Assembly (NCBI GenBank): GCA_964248365.1
Contig: CAXTYC010000021.1
Coordinates: 1 to 64,000, forward strand
Origin: an uncultured Chroococcidiopsis sp.
Lineage (GTDB): Bacteria; Cyanobacteriota; Cyanobacteriia; Cyanobacteriales; Chroococcidiopsidaceae
Reading direction: 5' to 3'
Length of the DNA: 64,000 bases
Below, piece after piece: positions 42,524 to 54,291 of this stretch. Every line of letters starts with the position of its first letter. Position 1 is the stretch's first letter. The position numbers were made by a program, and so were the translations under genes. The notes below the pieces were generated by a model, which made no database searches, was not told the origin of the DNA, and saw only the letters and a program-made list of their open reading frames with translations.

Positions 42524-42872
42524 ATAATTTCACGATTACCCTTCATCCTTCATTGTTCATCCAAGGTTTTAAGGTTTGGATTAAGAGCAAATTAAACTAA
42601 AATATCCCCCAGCCTCCCCAGATCCAATCTTGTGCTGCGAGCGAATTCGTTTCTAAATAAAAATTTATTTTTGTAAATTATCGTAATATTTTTGAATTTA
42701 CGCTAAGATAGAGATCGCTATAATTGAGCGATTGCGTTTGAGGGCATCCCAAGCAGAGAGCCATGAGGGTGTAGTAGTGAGTGGGTAAGACCGCTTACGC
42801 GAGAGCGATCGCTACAATATCACGACCGACATACCCTATCTCTACTAAAGAACCTTATTGAACAATTACTTC

Positions 42873-44195
42873 ATGGGCAACAAGCCGACAATTGCTATTT
42901 CTCATTTAGGTTGCGAAAAAAACAGAATAGACACTGAACATATGCTAGGACTGCTCGTACAGGCAGGGTACGAGGTAGATAGCAACGAAGAATTAGCAGA
43001 CTACGTTATCGTTAATACCTGTAGTTTTATCCAAGCAGCACGGGAAGAATCTGTCCGTACTTTGGTGGAACTGGCTGAGGCTAATAAAAAGATTGTAATC
43101 ACAGGCTGCATGGCGCAGCACTTTCAGGAGCAATTACTAGAGGAACTACCAGAAGCGGTAGCCGTAGTAGGTACTGGCGATTATCACAAAATTACCAATG
43201 TGATGGCGCGGGTACAAGAGGGAGAACGAGTAAAACTTGTATCCCCAGAACCAACATATATCGCGGACGAAACTACACCGCGTTATCGTACCACGACCGA
43301 AGGTGTTGCTTACCTGCGAGTTGCTGAAGGATGTGATTATCGCTGTGCGTTTTGCATTATACCTCACCTGAGAGGAAACCAGCGATCGCGCACAATTGAA
43401 TCTATCAGCGCCGAAGCTGAACAACTAGCCAACCAGGGTGTACAGGAAATTATTCTAATTTCCCAGATCACAACCAACTATGGGCTAGATATATATGGTG
43501 AACCGAAGATAGCCGAACTACTACACGCCTTGGGTAAAGTAGATGTTCCTTGGATTCGGATGCACTACGCTTATCCGACTGGACTTACGCCAAAAGTTAT
43601 CCAGTCAATTCAACAAACGCCCAATGTTCTACCATATTTGGATCTGCCCCTACAACACTCCCACCCAGAAATTCTGCGGGCAATGAACCGCCCCTGGCAA
43701 GGACAGGTAAACGACAGTATCATTGAGCGGATTAAGAAGGCGCTACCTGGGGCAGTTTTGCGGACAACTTTTATCGTTGGGTTTCCTGGCGAGACAGATG
43801 AACATTTTGAGCATCTGATGCAGTTTGTAAAACGCCATGAATTCGATCATGTAGGTGTGTTTACGTTTTCGCCAGAAGAGGAAACCCCTGCATACTCGCT
43901 GCCAAAACAGATTCCACAAGCGGTTATGGACGCGCGGCGGGATGCTTTAATGGCAATCCAGCAACCGATTTCTCTCAAGAAAAATCAGGCAGAAGTAGGC
44001 AAGGTAGTAGATGTTCTGATTGAGCAAGAGAATCCAGAAACTGGAGAATTAGTTGGAAGATCTGCTCGTTTTTCACCCGAAGTAGATGGTTTAGTATATG
44101 TCGAGGGCGAAGCTACGTTAGGTTCAATAGTTCCAGTTAAGATTACTCACGCTCAGCCATACGATTTGTATGGTCAAGTCGTCAGCAGCAATTAG
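42873..44195 (+). CDS. rimO: Ribosomal protein S12 methylthiotransferase
   Basis: [25 protein letters not shown]-terminal TRAM with PEVDG. Confidence 0.95.
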   Translation: MGNKPTIAISHLGCEKNRIDTEHMLGLLVQAGYEVDSNEELADYVIVNTCSFIQAAREESVRTLVELAEANKKIVITGCMAQHFQEQLLEELPEAVAVVGTGDYHKITNVMARVQEGERVKLVSPEPTYIADETTPRYRTTTEGVAYLRVAEGCDYRCAFCIIPHLRGNQRSRTIESISAEAEQLANQGVQEIILISQITTNYGLDIYGEPKIAELLHALGKVDVPWIRMHYAYPTGLTPKVIQSIQQTPNVLPYLDLPLQHSHPEILRAMNRPWQGQVNDSIIERIKKALPGAVLRTTFIVGFPGETDEHFEHLMQFVKRHEFDHVGVFTFSPEEETPAYSLPKQIPQAVMDARRDALMAIQQPISLKKNQAEVGKVVDVLIEQENPETGELVGRSARFSPEVDGLVYVEGEATLGSIVPVKITHAQPYDLYGQVVSSN

Positions 44196-44251
44196 CTAAG
44201 CAATAAACGCTAATCAATAAAAGACAAACAAAAAACAGATTAGGAGATTAA

Positions 44252-45724
44252 ATGAATTTGTCATTTGAAAGTCTAGGTCTTTCAGAAGCTCGGATTGGGC
44301 AATTAGAAAAACTAGGATTTACCACACCGACAAACATCCAAGCACAAGCAATTCCTCAGTTACTGGCGGGACGAGATGTTGTAGGACAATCACAAACAGG
44401 AACGGGTAAAACAGCAGCATTTTCGTTACCGATATTAGAGCAAATTGATATTGAGAAAAAGGCAGTACAAGCTCTTGTTCTTACTCCTACCCGTGAGCTA
44501 GCGGTGCAAGTTTGTACAGCGATCAAAAGTTTTGTTGGTAAACAAGATTTAAGAGTTTTGCCAATCTACGGTGGTCAATCAATCGACCGTCAGATCATGC
44601 AACTCAATCGCGGTGTGCAGATTGTTGTAGGAACACCAGGACGAGTAATAGATTTGCTAGAGCGAGGTAACTTGCAGCTAGATCAAGTCAGATTTGTCGT
44701 ACTCGATGAAGCCGATGAAATGTTGAGCATGGGCTTTATTGATGATGTCGAGAAAATTCTCGCATCTGCACCAAAAGAGCGCCAAACTGCTTTATTTTCA
44801 GCGACAATGCCGCTATCGATTCGGCTGTTGGTGAAGAGATTTTTGCGATCGCCTGTTACAGTTACTGTTGAGCAGCCTAAAGCCGCACCTGCAAAAATTA
44901 ACCAGGTGGCTTACGTAATACCGCGTAACTGGACAAAAGCCAAAGCTTTGCAGCCAATATTGGAATTGGAAGATCCAGAAACAGCTATCATATTTGTCAA
45001 AACTCGGCGAACCGCAGCTGAGTTGACCGGACAATTACAAGCCTCTGGTTACAGTGTTGACGAGTATCACGGTGATTTGACTCAACAAGCAAGAGAGCGG
45101 TTGTTATCCAGGTTCCGCAATAAGCAAGTGCGGTGGGTAATTGCTACAGATATCGCGGCGCGGGGTTTAGATGTAGATCACTTAACTCATGTGATCAACT
45201 ACGACTTGCCAGATAGTGTGGAAACCTATGTTCACCGAATTGGACGTACAGGTAGAGCGGGTAAAGAAGGAACTGCTATTTCTCTGGTGCAGCCTTTTGA
45301 GCGGCGCAAGCAGCAGCAAATTGAGCGTCATGTGCGTCTAAGTTTGAAAGTGAACTATGTTCCCACCAGAGCGCAAATAGAAGCGCGGCAACTGGAAAAA
45401 CTGCAAGTTCAGGTAAAAGAAATTTTAGCTGGGGAACGCTTGGCATCATTCTTGCCAATTGTGCGAGAGCTAAGTGAAGAGTACGATGCTCATGCGATCG
45501 CAGCAGCAGCCTTGCAAATGGCGTATGATAAAACTCGTCCAGCTTGGCTCGAATCAGATGCAGCGTTTAGCGAAGAAGAAAGACCGCATAATCCTAAACC
45601 CAACAAATTGATGAAACGCAATCAAGCTTCCGTAGACGTGGTAGCACAAGAAGAAGAAAGACACCATAGTTCAAAACCCAAGCTAGCTAAGCGTTCTGAA
45701 ACTTCTATGTCGAACAACAATTAG
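44252..45724 (+). CDS. crhR: DEAD-box RNA helicase
   Basis: Q motif, TGTGKT, PTRELA, TPGR, DEAD, SAT, ARGLD, HRIGRTGR; directly downstream of rimO as in the cyanobacterial rimO-crhR operon. Confidence 0.9.
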   Translation: MNLSFESLGLSEARIGQLEKLGFTTPTNIQAQAIPQLLAGRDVVGQSQTGTGKTAAFSLPILEQIDIEKKAVQALVLTPTRELAVQVCTAIKSFVGKQDLRVLPIYGGQSIDRQIMQLNRGVQIVVGTPGRVIDLLERGNLQLDQVRFVVLDEADEMLSMGFIDDVEKILASAPKERQTALFSATMPLSIRLLVKRFLRSPVTVTVEQPKAAPAKINQVAYVIPRNWTKAKALQPILELEDPETAIIFVKTRRTAAELTGQLQASGYSVDEYHGDLTQQARERLLSRFRNKQVRWVIATDIAARGLDVDHLTHVINYDLPDSVETYVHRIGRTGRAGKEGTAISLVQPFERRKQQQIERHVRLSLKVNYVPTRAQIEARQLEKLQVQVKEILAGERLASFLPIVRELSEEYDAHAIAAAALQMAYDKTRPAWLESDAAFSEEERPHNPKPNKLMKRNQASVDVVAQEEERHHSSKPKLAKRSETSMSNNN

Positions 45725-45880
45725 GGGCTAGGGGCTAGGGGCTAGAGGATAGGGAAAGGATGAAGTGTAAAGTGTGAAGTATGAAGGAGTCAGGAGTCAG
45801 AAGTCAGAATATTAATTCTTTGCCTTTTCCGTTCATCCTTCATCCTTCATCCTTTTTGCCTTTTCCCTTTTCCCTCTTCC

Positions 45881-46828
45881 CTAGTTAAGCCAAGGACGAG
45901 TAACTTGTTCTAGCTGAGCAATTTCATCATCACTCAATTTCCAGCCCAAGGCTCCGGCATTCTGTCGGACTTGGGCTGCTGTTTTTGCTCCTGCGATCGC
46001 CACTACGTTACCTTGGGCAATTAACCAGTTGAGGGCGACTTGAGCGATCGTGCGATCGTGCTTTTCTCCCAATTGTCGCAGTAAAGATATTACTGGGGCG
46101 TATTTTTGCAATCCTTCTTTACTAAAGCGAGTGTCTAACCGACGCGCTCCGGTGGGTGAGTCTGAGCTATCTGGTGTATATTTACCAGTCAGTAGCCCTT
46201 GTGCTAATGGACTGTAAGCCAGAATAGTTACACCTAATTGTCGAGCCGTAGCGAATATTCCGTTAGATTCGATTTGCCGAGTTATCAGGGAGTAGCGTAC
46301 TTGATTACTTGCCAACTTTACGCCACGATCTGCTAAAATTTGGTGTGCTTGCCGCATTTGCTCGGCTGAGTAGTTACTCACTCCTACTGCCTCAATTCTG
46401 CCTCGCTTTACTTCATCAGCTAAAGCATTCATCAGTGTTTGTTGGCTCATGAAGAAACTGAAAGGCCAATGTACCTGATAGAGAGTAACTCGTTCTAATC
46501 GTAAGCGTTTCAAGCTGGCTGTTAAAGCATCCGCAACAGATTGACTTGTAAAACGCCAGGGCGCAGGACCAAATTTGGTAGCAATTTGCACGGGTGTGTC
46601 GCTTTGTTGCATGAATTGCCCTAGAAATTCCTCTGATTGACCAAAACCGTAAACTTCGGCAGTGTCAAAGAAAGTGGTTCCTGTCTCCAGTGCGGCTTGA
46701 AAGGCTTCTCTTAGCTGCTTGTCGTCGTAGTCACTGCCATAATTCCAAAAAAGTTTGTCTCCCCAAGCCCATGTGCCGATGCATAAGGGTGTAACAGAGG
46801 GACCATTGTGTCCTAGTTTGAGTTCCAC
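45881..46828 (-). CDS. Aldo/keto reductase
   Basis: GTWAWG, FDTAEVYG, IATK, YQVHWP, GVSNY, AYSPLAQG. Confidence 0.92.
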   Translation of the reverse strand: MELKLGHNGPSVTPLCIGTWAWGDKLFWNYGSDYDDKQLREAFQAALETGTTFFDTAEVYGFGQSEEFLGQFMQQSDTPVQIATKFGPAPWRFTSQSVADALTASLKRLRLERVTLYQVHWPFSFFMSQQTLMNALADEVKRGRIEAVGVSNYSAEQMRQAHQILADRGVKLASNQVRYSLITRQIESNGIFATARQLGVTILAYSPLAQGLLTGKYTPDSSDSPTGARRLDTRFSKEGLQKYAPVISLLRQLGEKHDRTIAQVALNWLIAQGNVVAIAGAKTAAQVRQNAGALGWKLSDDEIAQLEQVTRPWLN

Positions 46829-47061
46829 TTTTACAGAAGTTAATTTATTTTGATATTTCTTTACTATTACAGTGTAGCTTTATAGAAAAGTCTATCTTTT
46901 GGAGTGGCTTAGAGAATTTTGGATTGATGTCACGCAAAGACGCAAAGGCGCGAAGAAGAGAAGATAAGAAGAGAAGAAAATAAGAGATTAAGGGAATTTG
47001 GGGTTTGTAGGTTTTATCTTTAGAAATACGTAGACTAAATCGTATATTCTTTTGAAGTACT

Positions 47062-48537
47062 ATGGCTGCTAGTATTCCAACTTCTGGAGCGGGTAAATCG
47101 CTTAGTTCTAAGCCAAAGCCGAAAATTAATCTACTAACTATGTTCCGGCTCGGTTTGTTTCAAATGGGGCTGGGGATAATGTCGGTTTTGACTTTGGGTG
47201 TGTTGAACCGGATCATGATTAAGGAGCTTGCGATTCCAGCTACATTTGTAGCAGGAACGATCGCTATGCATCAGTTTGTCGCTCCGTCAAGGCTGTGGTT
47301 TGGGCAGTTGTCGGATGCTAAAACGATTCGGGGTTATCACCGTACTGGTTATGTTTGGATTGGTGCGGCGTTATTTGCGATCGCTTCGTTTTTAGCTGTA
47401 CAAGTAACTTGGCGACTTGGTAGCACTTTATATAGCCAAGGTTGGACGACTCCAACTTACGGCTGGGTGGCTCTGCTGGCTGGGATTTTTGCATTATATG
47501 GGCTAGCGCTCAGTTCTAGTTCTACGCCTTTCGCTGCCTTGCTGGTGGATGTTTCCGATGAAGACAATCGTTCTAAACTTGTCGGTATCGTCTGGTCGAT
47601 GTTGATGGTGGGGATTGTGATCGGGGCAATCATTAGCTCTAAATTACTGCCAGCAGCAACAAGTTGCCAAGAGGCGACAGTAAGCACAATATCCTTATAT
47701 AATCAGCCTGAACAACTTGCAGCATTGCAAAGTTCGATTAACCGCCTATTTTTAATCCTCCCCGCTGCTGTCTTTGGGCTAGGTTTGCTGTCAACTATAG
47801 GGGTGGAAAAAAAATATTCCCGTTATGCTTCCCGTTCTACATTGGTAGACAGGGAAGATAAAATTACTCTATCGGGGGCGTTGAAAGTCCTGACTGCTAG
47901 CCGCCAAACTGGGTTATTTTTCACTTTTTTACTGGTGATGACAATCAGCCTGTTTATGCAAGAGGCTGTCATGGAACCCTATGGAGGTGAAGTATTTGGG
48001 ATGTGTGTTTCTGATACCACCCGGTTAAATGCTTTTTGGGGTACGGGGACACTACTTGGAATTAGCAGCACAGGCTTTTTAATTGTGCCTCGTTTGGGGA
48101 AACAAAAAACTGCTCAGTTAGGTTGTGTCACGGTTGCTATCAGTTTGGGATTTGTCATATTATCTGGGTTTAGTGCTAATCCTCGGATGTTACAGTCCGC
48201 ATTAGTGTTGTTCGGTTTAGCTTCTGGTGTTACGACAACAGGAGCAATTAGTTTGATGTTAGATCTAACAGCTGCCCAAACGGCTGGTACATTTATCGGT
48301 GCTTGGGGGTTAGCTCAAGCATTGGCTAGGGCTTTGGCGACAGTAAGCGGTGGAGCTATGCTAGATGTGGGTAGACAACTGTTTTCCTCGCCAGTGTTGG
48401 CTTATGGCTTGGTGTTTGCGCTGCAAGCTGTGGGAATGATTTTGGCAGTTTTGTTGCTGGGTCGAGTAAATGTGTCAGAATTTCAGACAAATGCACAACA
48501 AGCGATCGCCTCAGTGCTTGAAAGTGAACTAGACTAA
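47062..48537 (+). CDS. BCD-family (PucC-like) MFS transporter
   Basis: RLGLFQMGLG, LNRIMIKEL, HRTGY, MEPYGG, GTFIGAWGLAQA. Confidence 0.88.
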   Translation: MAASIPTSGAGKSLSSKPKPKINLLTMFRLGLFQMGLGIMSVLTLGVLNRIMIKELAIPATFVAGTIAMHQFVAPSRLWFGQLSDAKTIRGYHRTGYVWIGAALFAIASFLAVQVTWRLGSTLYSQGWTTPTYGWVALLAGIFALYGLALSSSSTPFAALLVDVSDEDNRSKLVGIVWSMLMVGIVIGAIISSKLLPAATSCQEATVSTISLYNQPEQLAALQSSINRLFLILPAAVFGLGLLSTIGVEKKYSRYASRSTLVDREDKITLSGALKVLTASRQTGLFFTFLLVMTISLFMQEAVMEPYGGEVFGMCVSDTTRLNAFWGTGTLLGISSTGFLIVPRLGKQKTAQLGCVTVAISLGFVILSGFSANPRMLQSALVLFGLASGVTTTGAISLMLDLTAAQTAGTFIGAWGLAQALARALATVSGGAMLDVGRQLFSSPVLAYGLVFALQAVGMILAVLLLGRVNVSEFQTNAQQAIASVLESELD

Positions 48538-48711
48538 TGACAACAAAGCTATTAGCTGTTAGCTAGCGCGCTGTTAGCTTTTTGTCCTTTATTAATAATT
48601 AATGACTAATGACTGCTAATCGCTAAAAAATAATCGAAGATTCTAAAAGCTACTCCTTACGTACAGACGTAGCAATGCTACTCCCTACTCCCTACTCCCT
48701 ACTCCCTATCA

Positions 48712-49518
48712 ATGACAGATTTTTGGACATCAATTCTCGATTTTGCCAATACCACTACTATCAGAGTGGGAACCCAGCTATTAAAAGATTTTGGGCAAGT
48801 GCAAGCTGACCAAAAGGCTGATGGTAGTCTAGTAACACAAGCGGATAAGTGGGCAGATCAGGTTATTCAAGATGCGATCGCTTCCACGTTTGATGGTTAT
48901 GGCATTTTAAGCGAAGAGGGCGAACACTCTTTCCCTAATACCGAGTGGTGCTGGGTGATCGATCCTCTTGATGGGACAACCAATTTTACACGCGGGATTC
49001 CCATTTGGGCAATTTCTTTGGGATTGCTTTACCGAGGTACACCCGTCTTTGGTTATGTCTATGCACCGCCACTGGCACAAAGCTTTCACGGCTTTTGGGC
49101 TGGTGATTCTGGGCTAGCAACGCCAGAAGGAGCTTTTCTCAATCACCGCCCAATTTATACCAGTGCTGATGCTCCTAGCAATAATCACTTTTTTAACCTT
49201 TGTTCCCGTAGTACTGCTGTTATCCAGCCTGGGTTTCCCTGCAAAGTTAGGATGCTAGGAGTTGCTAGCTACAACTTTCTTGCCGTCGCTGCTGGGGCAA
49301 CTCTAGGCGGTGTCGAGAGAAACCCTAAAATTTGGGATCTGGCTGCTGCTTGGGCGATCATTCAAGCAGCAGGAGGAAGCTGGATATCTCTAGATTCAGA
49401 ACCTGTGTTTCCTTTGATACCAGGCATTGATTATGGCGCTCGCTCTTTCCCTACCCTAGTCGTCAGCCGTTCTGAACTAGTGTCAGTATTTAAACCGTTT
49501 TTACAAGCTTTAGCTTAG
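48712..49518 (+). CDS. Inositol monophosphatase-family protein
   Basis: SEE, WVIDPLDGTTNF, WDLAA. Confidence 0.9.
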   Translation: MTDFWTSILDFANTTTIRVGTQLLKDFGQVQADQKADGSLVTQADKWADQVIQDAIASTFDGYGILSEEGEHSFPNTEWCWVIDPLDGTTNFTRGIPIWAISLGLLYRGTPVFGYVYAPPLAQSFHGFWAGDSGLATPEGAFLNHRPIYTSADAPSNNHFFNLCSRSTAVIQPGFPCKVRMLGVASYNFLAVAAGATLGGVERNPKIWDLAAAWAIIQAAGGSWISLDSEPVFPLIPGIDYGARSFPTLVVSRSELVSVFKPFLQALA

Positions 49519-49555
49519 GTTTCCTGTTGGCACAGAAGAAAGACAAAATTAATTC

Positions 49556-51091
49556 ATGAGTCCCCCCCAGCCTATTAATAAGTCCTCTGCAACCCATTTG
49601 AATCAACTGATTTTCAAATTCGCTCCTCAAATAGTTATTTGCAGTATTCTAATAGTACTATTAGCTACACTATATCCCTTTGATTTTTCCTTTGAAAATG
49701 GGATTTCTATTACAGAGATTATTAGTAAATTCAAACAAACAAGCACTCATTTAAGCGACCAGATAAAAAATTTATTTTTGTTCCTACCTTTAGGGTTCGG
49801 GCTAATGTGTTTATTGCAGAACACCAGGGTAAGAACAACAGCAAAACCTATTATAGTTTTGTTATTTAGTTTTAGTTTATCATTATTTGTAGAAGTTTTA
49901 CAAGCATTTACACCTTCAAGAGAACCAACGATTGCTGATATTATTAATAATACTTTTAGTGGTTTTTTAGGAGTTATCTGTTTTTATTTATGGAAATCGC
50001 AAATTATTAGTTACGTCGCCCAGGTTATAGAAAAAAATAAAGGAGTTATTTCTAATAAACAGCTTACAGCAATATTTATTGGTTACATTGCCCTAGCTTT
50101 TATCATTCCATTTGGGTTGCACAGTACTACAAATCTTAGCAATTGGAGCTTGGATTATCCCCTGCTACTGGGTAATGAAAGAACAGGTAGTAGACCTTGG
50201 CGAGGAGCTATTTCTGATGTCTATATTGCTGATAGAGCTATTTCAAAAGAAGAAGTAGCAAAGGTATTTGCTGACAAAAACTTATTAAATAATTTAGGCA
50301 ATTCTCTTGTAGCTTACTATCCCTTGCATGGTGAAGACGGCTTGGGCGATCGCACAGGAAACTTACCAAATTTAAACTGGCGAGGAAGATTTTTAAACTT
50401 TCAAGGTAGGATTGTGTTTCTGAATGCTTATCAATGGCTAGAAACAGCAGAACCTGTCACATTTTTGAACCAGCGGCTACGGATGGCAAATCAGTTTACT
50501 CTAGGAGCTACTATTGCAACTGCTAGGGCAAATCAGACACGCCCTGGTCGCATTATTTCAATTTCAAATAGTACCACCAAGCGCAATTTGTCTTTAGAGC
50601 AGCGAGACTCGAAACTAGTTGTTCGGCTCAGAACACCGCTTGGGGGAGAAAATGCAACATACATCATGAACTATGTCTTTGATGTGTTTACCGATAATAC
50701 TCCCCATCAAATAGTTATTACCTATACTGGCTCAGTGCTTCAGGTATATATAGATCAAATACAAAATTTGCATGATTTCAACTACCTTGAAATAATTCCA
50801 AAGATTGACAAATTTATGTATTATGGGCTGCTGTTTATTCCTTTAAGTATTGTGTTAGGAATTATCACAACCCTTGCTCAAGGTCGGTTTATTTTCTATC
50901 CTTTCCTTTATATTGGAATATTATTACCTTCTTTGATAGTAGAAGTTATTTTGGCAACTGACAGCGGTAGAAGCATCCTGGTAGAAAATATATTACTAGG
51001 CATATTAATTACAGCTTTTACCGTTTTGATATTAAAAATGCAAATCCCTAATGGGTTGAGAAGCACTACGCCTCATCCACCTGGAACTTAA
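49556..51091 (+). CDS. VanZ-family membrane protein with a LamG/concanavalin-like periplasmic domain
   Basis: NLFLFLPLG, VEVLQ...R...DIINN (VanZ); LLLGNE..RPW.G and FTL...RIISIS beta-sandwich. Confidence 0.7.
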   Translation: MSPPQPINKSSATHLNQLIFKFAPQIVICSILIVLLATLYPFDFSFENGISITEIISKFKQTSTHLSDQIKNLFLFLPLGFGLMCLLQNTRVRTTAKPIIVLLFSFSLSLFVEVLQAFTPSREPTIADIINNTFSGFLGVICFYLWKSQIISYVAQVIEKNKGVISNKQLTAIFIGYIALAFIIPFGLHSTTNLSNWSLDYPLLLGNERTGSRPWRGAISDVYIADRAISKEEVAKVFADKNLLNNLGNSLVAYYPLHGEDGLGDRTGNLPNLNWRGRFLNFQGRIVFLNAYQWLETAEPVTFLNQRLRMANQFTLGATIATARANQTRPGRIISISNSTTKRNLSLEQRDSKLVVRLRTPLGGENATYIMNYVFDVFTDNTPHQIVITYTGSVLQVYIDQIQNLHDFNYLEIIPKIDKFMYYGLLFIPLSIVLGIITTLAQGRFIFYPFLYIGILLPSLIVEVILATDSGRSILVENILLGILITAFTVLILKMQIPNGLRSTTPHPPGT

Positions 51092-51171
51092 GTTCCAGGT
51101 TAGCTCAAGTGCGTTCAAACGCACTCATAGAGTCAAACAAAAGATACTCACAAGCTAATAGCTAACAAGCT

Positions 51172-52134
51172 TTATTGCTGCCAAACAAAATCTGCGATCG
51201 CGTTCTTACTATCAACTGACTTATCTTTGACTGGATTCAGTAAGACGGAACGTTGAACTAATCGTTTATTTTGCAGTCTTCGCGCAACGCGGCTAGGAAT
51301 TCCATACCCGTAGATAATATGTCCTTGCCCAGCAAGCACTACTACCAGGTAATTTGGGTTAGCTTTGAGAAATTTAGTAACAGAGGCTGCCATAGTTTCA
51401 TCCCATAGTACCTGAGCTAGAAAAAATTTCTCGAAATTGGCACTATTACCATGCCCAGAATGTTGATGCAGCTTAAAAGTATTTGCTAAAAGTTGGCGAT
51501 ATGGAGCATTGTCGGTGCGAATTTCACAGAAAGGAGGAATCAATTTTCTCTGCTGCGGCGAAAGACTTTCTAAGCCAGAACGGGTAACTCGGCGTGTGAT
51601 TTCTATAGGAATATTTAATGCAATGACAGGCAGTTGTTTTTCCTGGGCGAATCGCAAGATGGGGGCGTAATATTCCCAAGGGTAGCCCCACTGGTTATAA
51701 TTGCTTTGTTCTACCAATTCTTGCTCACTCAATTTTCCTGCTAGATAGCGATTGAGGATATTTTGGTAGGGTTGCTGAAACATTTCCATTGCGATCGCTA
51801 TTTTACGATTTCGCTGCTGGAGTTCCTGAATAATTTGCAACTGTATTTTGTGATCTTCTGGGTTGTCATGAGTTTCTCCCAGATACACTACATTTGCCGA
51901 TTCTAATTCCTGTAAGGCGTTTTGCAAAGTAGTACAGATATTTTTACAAGTGATACTCTCTTCGCATTCGTAGCCCATTGCCGAAATAACTTGAGGACGG
52001 CAGGAACTAGGAATTTTCTGGGCATTAACCGAGCCAGTGCAAAATAGAATAATTCCCACACAAGCAAGCAAGATCAGTAGGCGCGTAAATGCATACACTA
52101 GCCTATTTGTCAACCGCCTAATAAACGGTTTCAT
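51172..52134 (-). CDS. ChaN-family (heme/iron-uptake-like) protein
   Basis: VYLGETHDN, AMEMF, YAPIL, AQVLWDETMA, LAGQGH; start at ATG 52134. Confidence 0.85.
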   Translation of the reverse strand: MKPFIRRLTNRLVYAFTRLLILLACVGIILFCTGSVNAQKIPSSCRPQVISAMGYECEESITCKNICTTLQNALQELESANVVYLGETHDNPEDHKIQLQIIQELQQRNRKIAIAMEMFQQPYQNILNRYLAGKLSEQELVEQSNYNQWGYPWEYYAPILRFAQEKQLPVIALNIPIEITRRVTRSGLESLSPQQRKLIPPFCEIRTDNAPYRQLLANTFKLHQHSGHGNSANFEKFFLAQVLWDETMAASVTKFLKANPNYLVVVLAGQGHIIYGYGIPSRVARRLQNKRLVQRSVLLNPVKDKSVDSKNAIADFVWQQ

Positions 52135-52477
52135 CTTCTTTGCGCCAAGCAGGGTCAACGATACAGATAAACACCAACGGTTCGTCACCACAGCTACGAA
52201 TAAATTGTCGCGCATTGGGGGGAATATATACTGCATCCCCTGGTTCTACTATTTGGGTTTCATCTTCAATATGCATTTCTCCCCTACCACTCAAAATGTA
52301 GTAAACCTCTGAAGTTTTCAGTGAGTGAGGTTGAGACGTTTCCCCAACTGCTAAAGTCGCATGAGCTAAACTGTAACGTAATGCAATTGGCTGCTTATCT
52401 GGGTGTAGTAGTTCTCGCAGACGGGTGCTGTCTCCAGCAATAAATTCAGCACAGGCGTTGAGCTTTTGCACTAGCAT
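52118..52477 (-). CDS. Cupin domain protein
   Basis: PHSL..SEVYYILSGRG, PGDAVYIPP. Confidence 0.85.
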   Translation of the reverse strand: MLVQKLNACAEFIAGDSTRLRELLHPDKQPIALRYSLAHATLAVGETSQPHSLKTSEVYYILSGRGEMHIEDETQIVEPGDAVYIPPNARQFIRSCGDEPLVFICIVDPAWRKEDETVY

Positions 52478-52571
52478 TGGCACTTTAGTAGACCATTCGT
52501 GGTATTTTATTTAGCAATTATGCCACCCATGCCCACCATTGATTAAATCTTACCCCCTTGCCCCTTTCTAC

Positions 52572-52889
52572 CTAGTAAAGCATAGGATTAGTCTTTGCTT
52601 GGTAGTCAGTGCAGTTAACCGCTTCTTCCGTGTTAGCAATTGTTGGTCGCACCGTGCATTTAAGACGGTAATCGCCTGTAAAATATTGACAATCGGCACA
52701 GGGTATTCTATGCATTTTCTCGCTTGTAGCTACACTGTCTCTAACGGCGCTATAAATGCTCCAAGTAGCAAGCGTAATTATCGTCCAGGCAGATAAAAAG
52801 CAAATTGGTACTAAAAACGGTTGGATGGTTTGAATTAGGATATATATTATTTGCAACACGGCAATTCCTTCAAACGATGTAGAATACAA
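52572..52889 (-). CDS. Conserved small membrane protein with Cys-rich C-terminus
   Basis: TM helix, then HRIPCADCQYF...LKCTVRP...C.DY. Confidence 0.65.
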   Translation of the reverse strand: MYSTSFEGIAVLQIIYILIQTIQPFLVPICFLSAWTIITLATWSIYSAVRDSVATSEKMHRIPCADCQYFTGDYRLKCTVRPTIANTEEAVNCTDYQAKTNPMLY

Positions 52890-53760
52890 ATCAACACATT
52901 AATATTTCTAGTGAAACTTAGTTTATTAACTTGCTTGCTCTCAAAATTCAGTAAAATGCATAGTTGCGTAAGATAAAACAAATCATGTTCCTATTCATAC
53001 TTATATCTTACAATCACCGAACTTGTAGACATCCATAGTAATATAACTTATGACATAATAAAATATCAAAAGTATAATTAACAAAGATAAAATTGATACA
53101 ATGCCAAAAGAATTAGCTATGATGCTAATTAGGTAGATGTATAGCAGTCATATACTGTTCACGAATGTTTTAGGATTGCTATAGATAACCTAAAAATAAT
53201 ATATCAGGACTTACGCAACATAAGTTCGCGTGTAAGGGCATGATATGCTCAGCCCCAACGCTAGAATCTACATCTCGACCTCAACGGGCATAAGTTCTAA
53301 ATTACCATCTAGCCCACTTCCCCCTTTCAAGTAGAGCCAGGGAACAAGAGAAAACGCCTCTACAAGTTAGTTTTAACCAGGTAGAGACGTAACAAGCCTT
53401 GTCTGTACAGACAGGAAGATTATTCTTGCAACAGATGTAAAAGAAAATAAATCAATCCTGCTTCATTCTAAAGGCAATACATTACCCATAAGTCTTGAAA
53501 TACACTCTAGCAGGGATTTATAGCTTATGCAAGGTTTGATAGCAGGCGCACCTCAAACTAGCAATTAGTAGTTTGAGGTATAAATAACTTGATCTCAAGA
53601 GTTGGGGTTAAATAATCACGAGAAGATTATCTTTGTTTGACTTTGCGCCTTTGCGCGGACACTTTGCCTCCTGTCGGGGAACCCGCTATCGCTTGTGTCC
53701 AAGTCTATTGCGTGACATTAACCTTTAATTTGTGAATTGCGCGCTTCCGAATTGATTTGC

Positions 53761-54291
53761 TCATTTCTTAGGAGAAATCAACATCATCATATTTCGCCCT
53801 TCTTTTTTCGGCGCTTGCTGCACTTCCCCAAATTCCCGTAAATCGGTCGCCATGCGGTTGAGCAGCGTTTCTGCCAAGTCACTGTGTTGAATCTCTCGTC
53901 CCCGAAACATGACCGTTGCTTTTACCTTGTCGCCATCCTTCAGGAAGCGCTCAGCTTGATTGACTCGCACTTTGTAGTCATGCTCTTCAATTTTGTAGCG
54001 CATCTTGACTTCTTTAACGTCAGCGGTGTGCTGCTTTTTACGGGCTTCCCGCGCTTTCTTTTCTTGCTCAAACTTATATTTGCCGTAGTCCATGATGCGG
54101 CAAACAGGCGGGTCGGCTTTATCACTGAGCAGAACTAAGTCTAGTTCTTTTTCTTCCGCTAAACGTATCGCTTCGGAGGGGGTTAAAATTCCCAACTGAG
54201 CGCCGTCAGTATCAATTACCCGAATTTTCGGGAAGCGAATTCGTTCGTTAATTTGGGGTAGGTCGCGGGGAGGTCTTCTTTTCTCTATCAC
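53761..54291 (-). CDS. infC: Translation initiation factor IF-3
   Basis: INERIR, LDLV...[31 protein letters not shown]. Confidence 0.96.
   Translation of the reverse strand: MIEKRRPPRDLPQINERIRFPKIRVIDTDGAQLGILTPSEAIRLAEEKELDLVLLSDKADPPVCRIMDYGKYKFEQEKKAREARKKQHTADVKEVKMRYKIEEHDYKVRVNQAERFLKDGDKVKATVMFRGREIQHSDLAETLLNRMATDLREFGEVQQAPKKEGRNMMMLISPKK

Noticed and set aside
51079..51100. 22-bp perfect palindrome ACCTGGAACTTAAGTTCCAGGT at the VanZ stop codon
   Set aside because: Most likely a repeat or terminator element between convergent genes; nothing supports a further role.
52900..53750. Long intergenic region as an IS or ncRNA
   Set aside because: It holds only AT-rich sequence and scattered REP-like fragments, with no transposase, paired ends or recognisable RNA motif.
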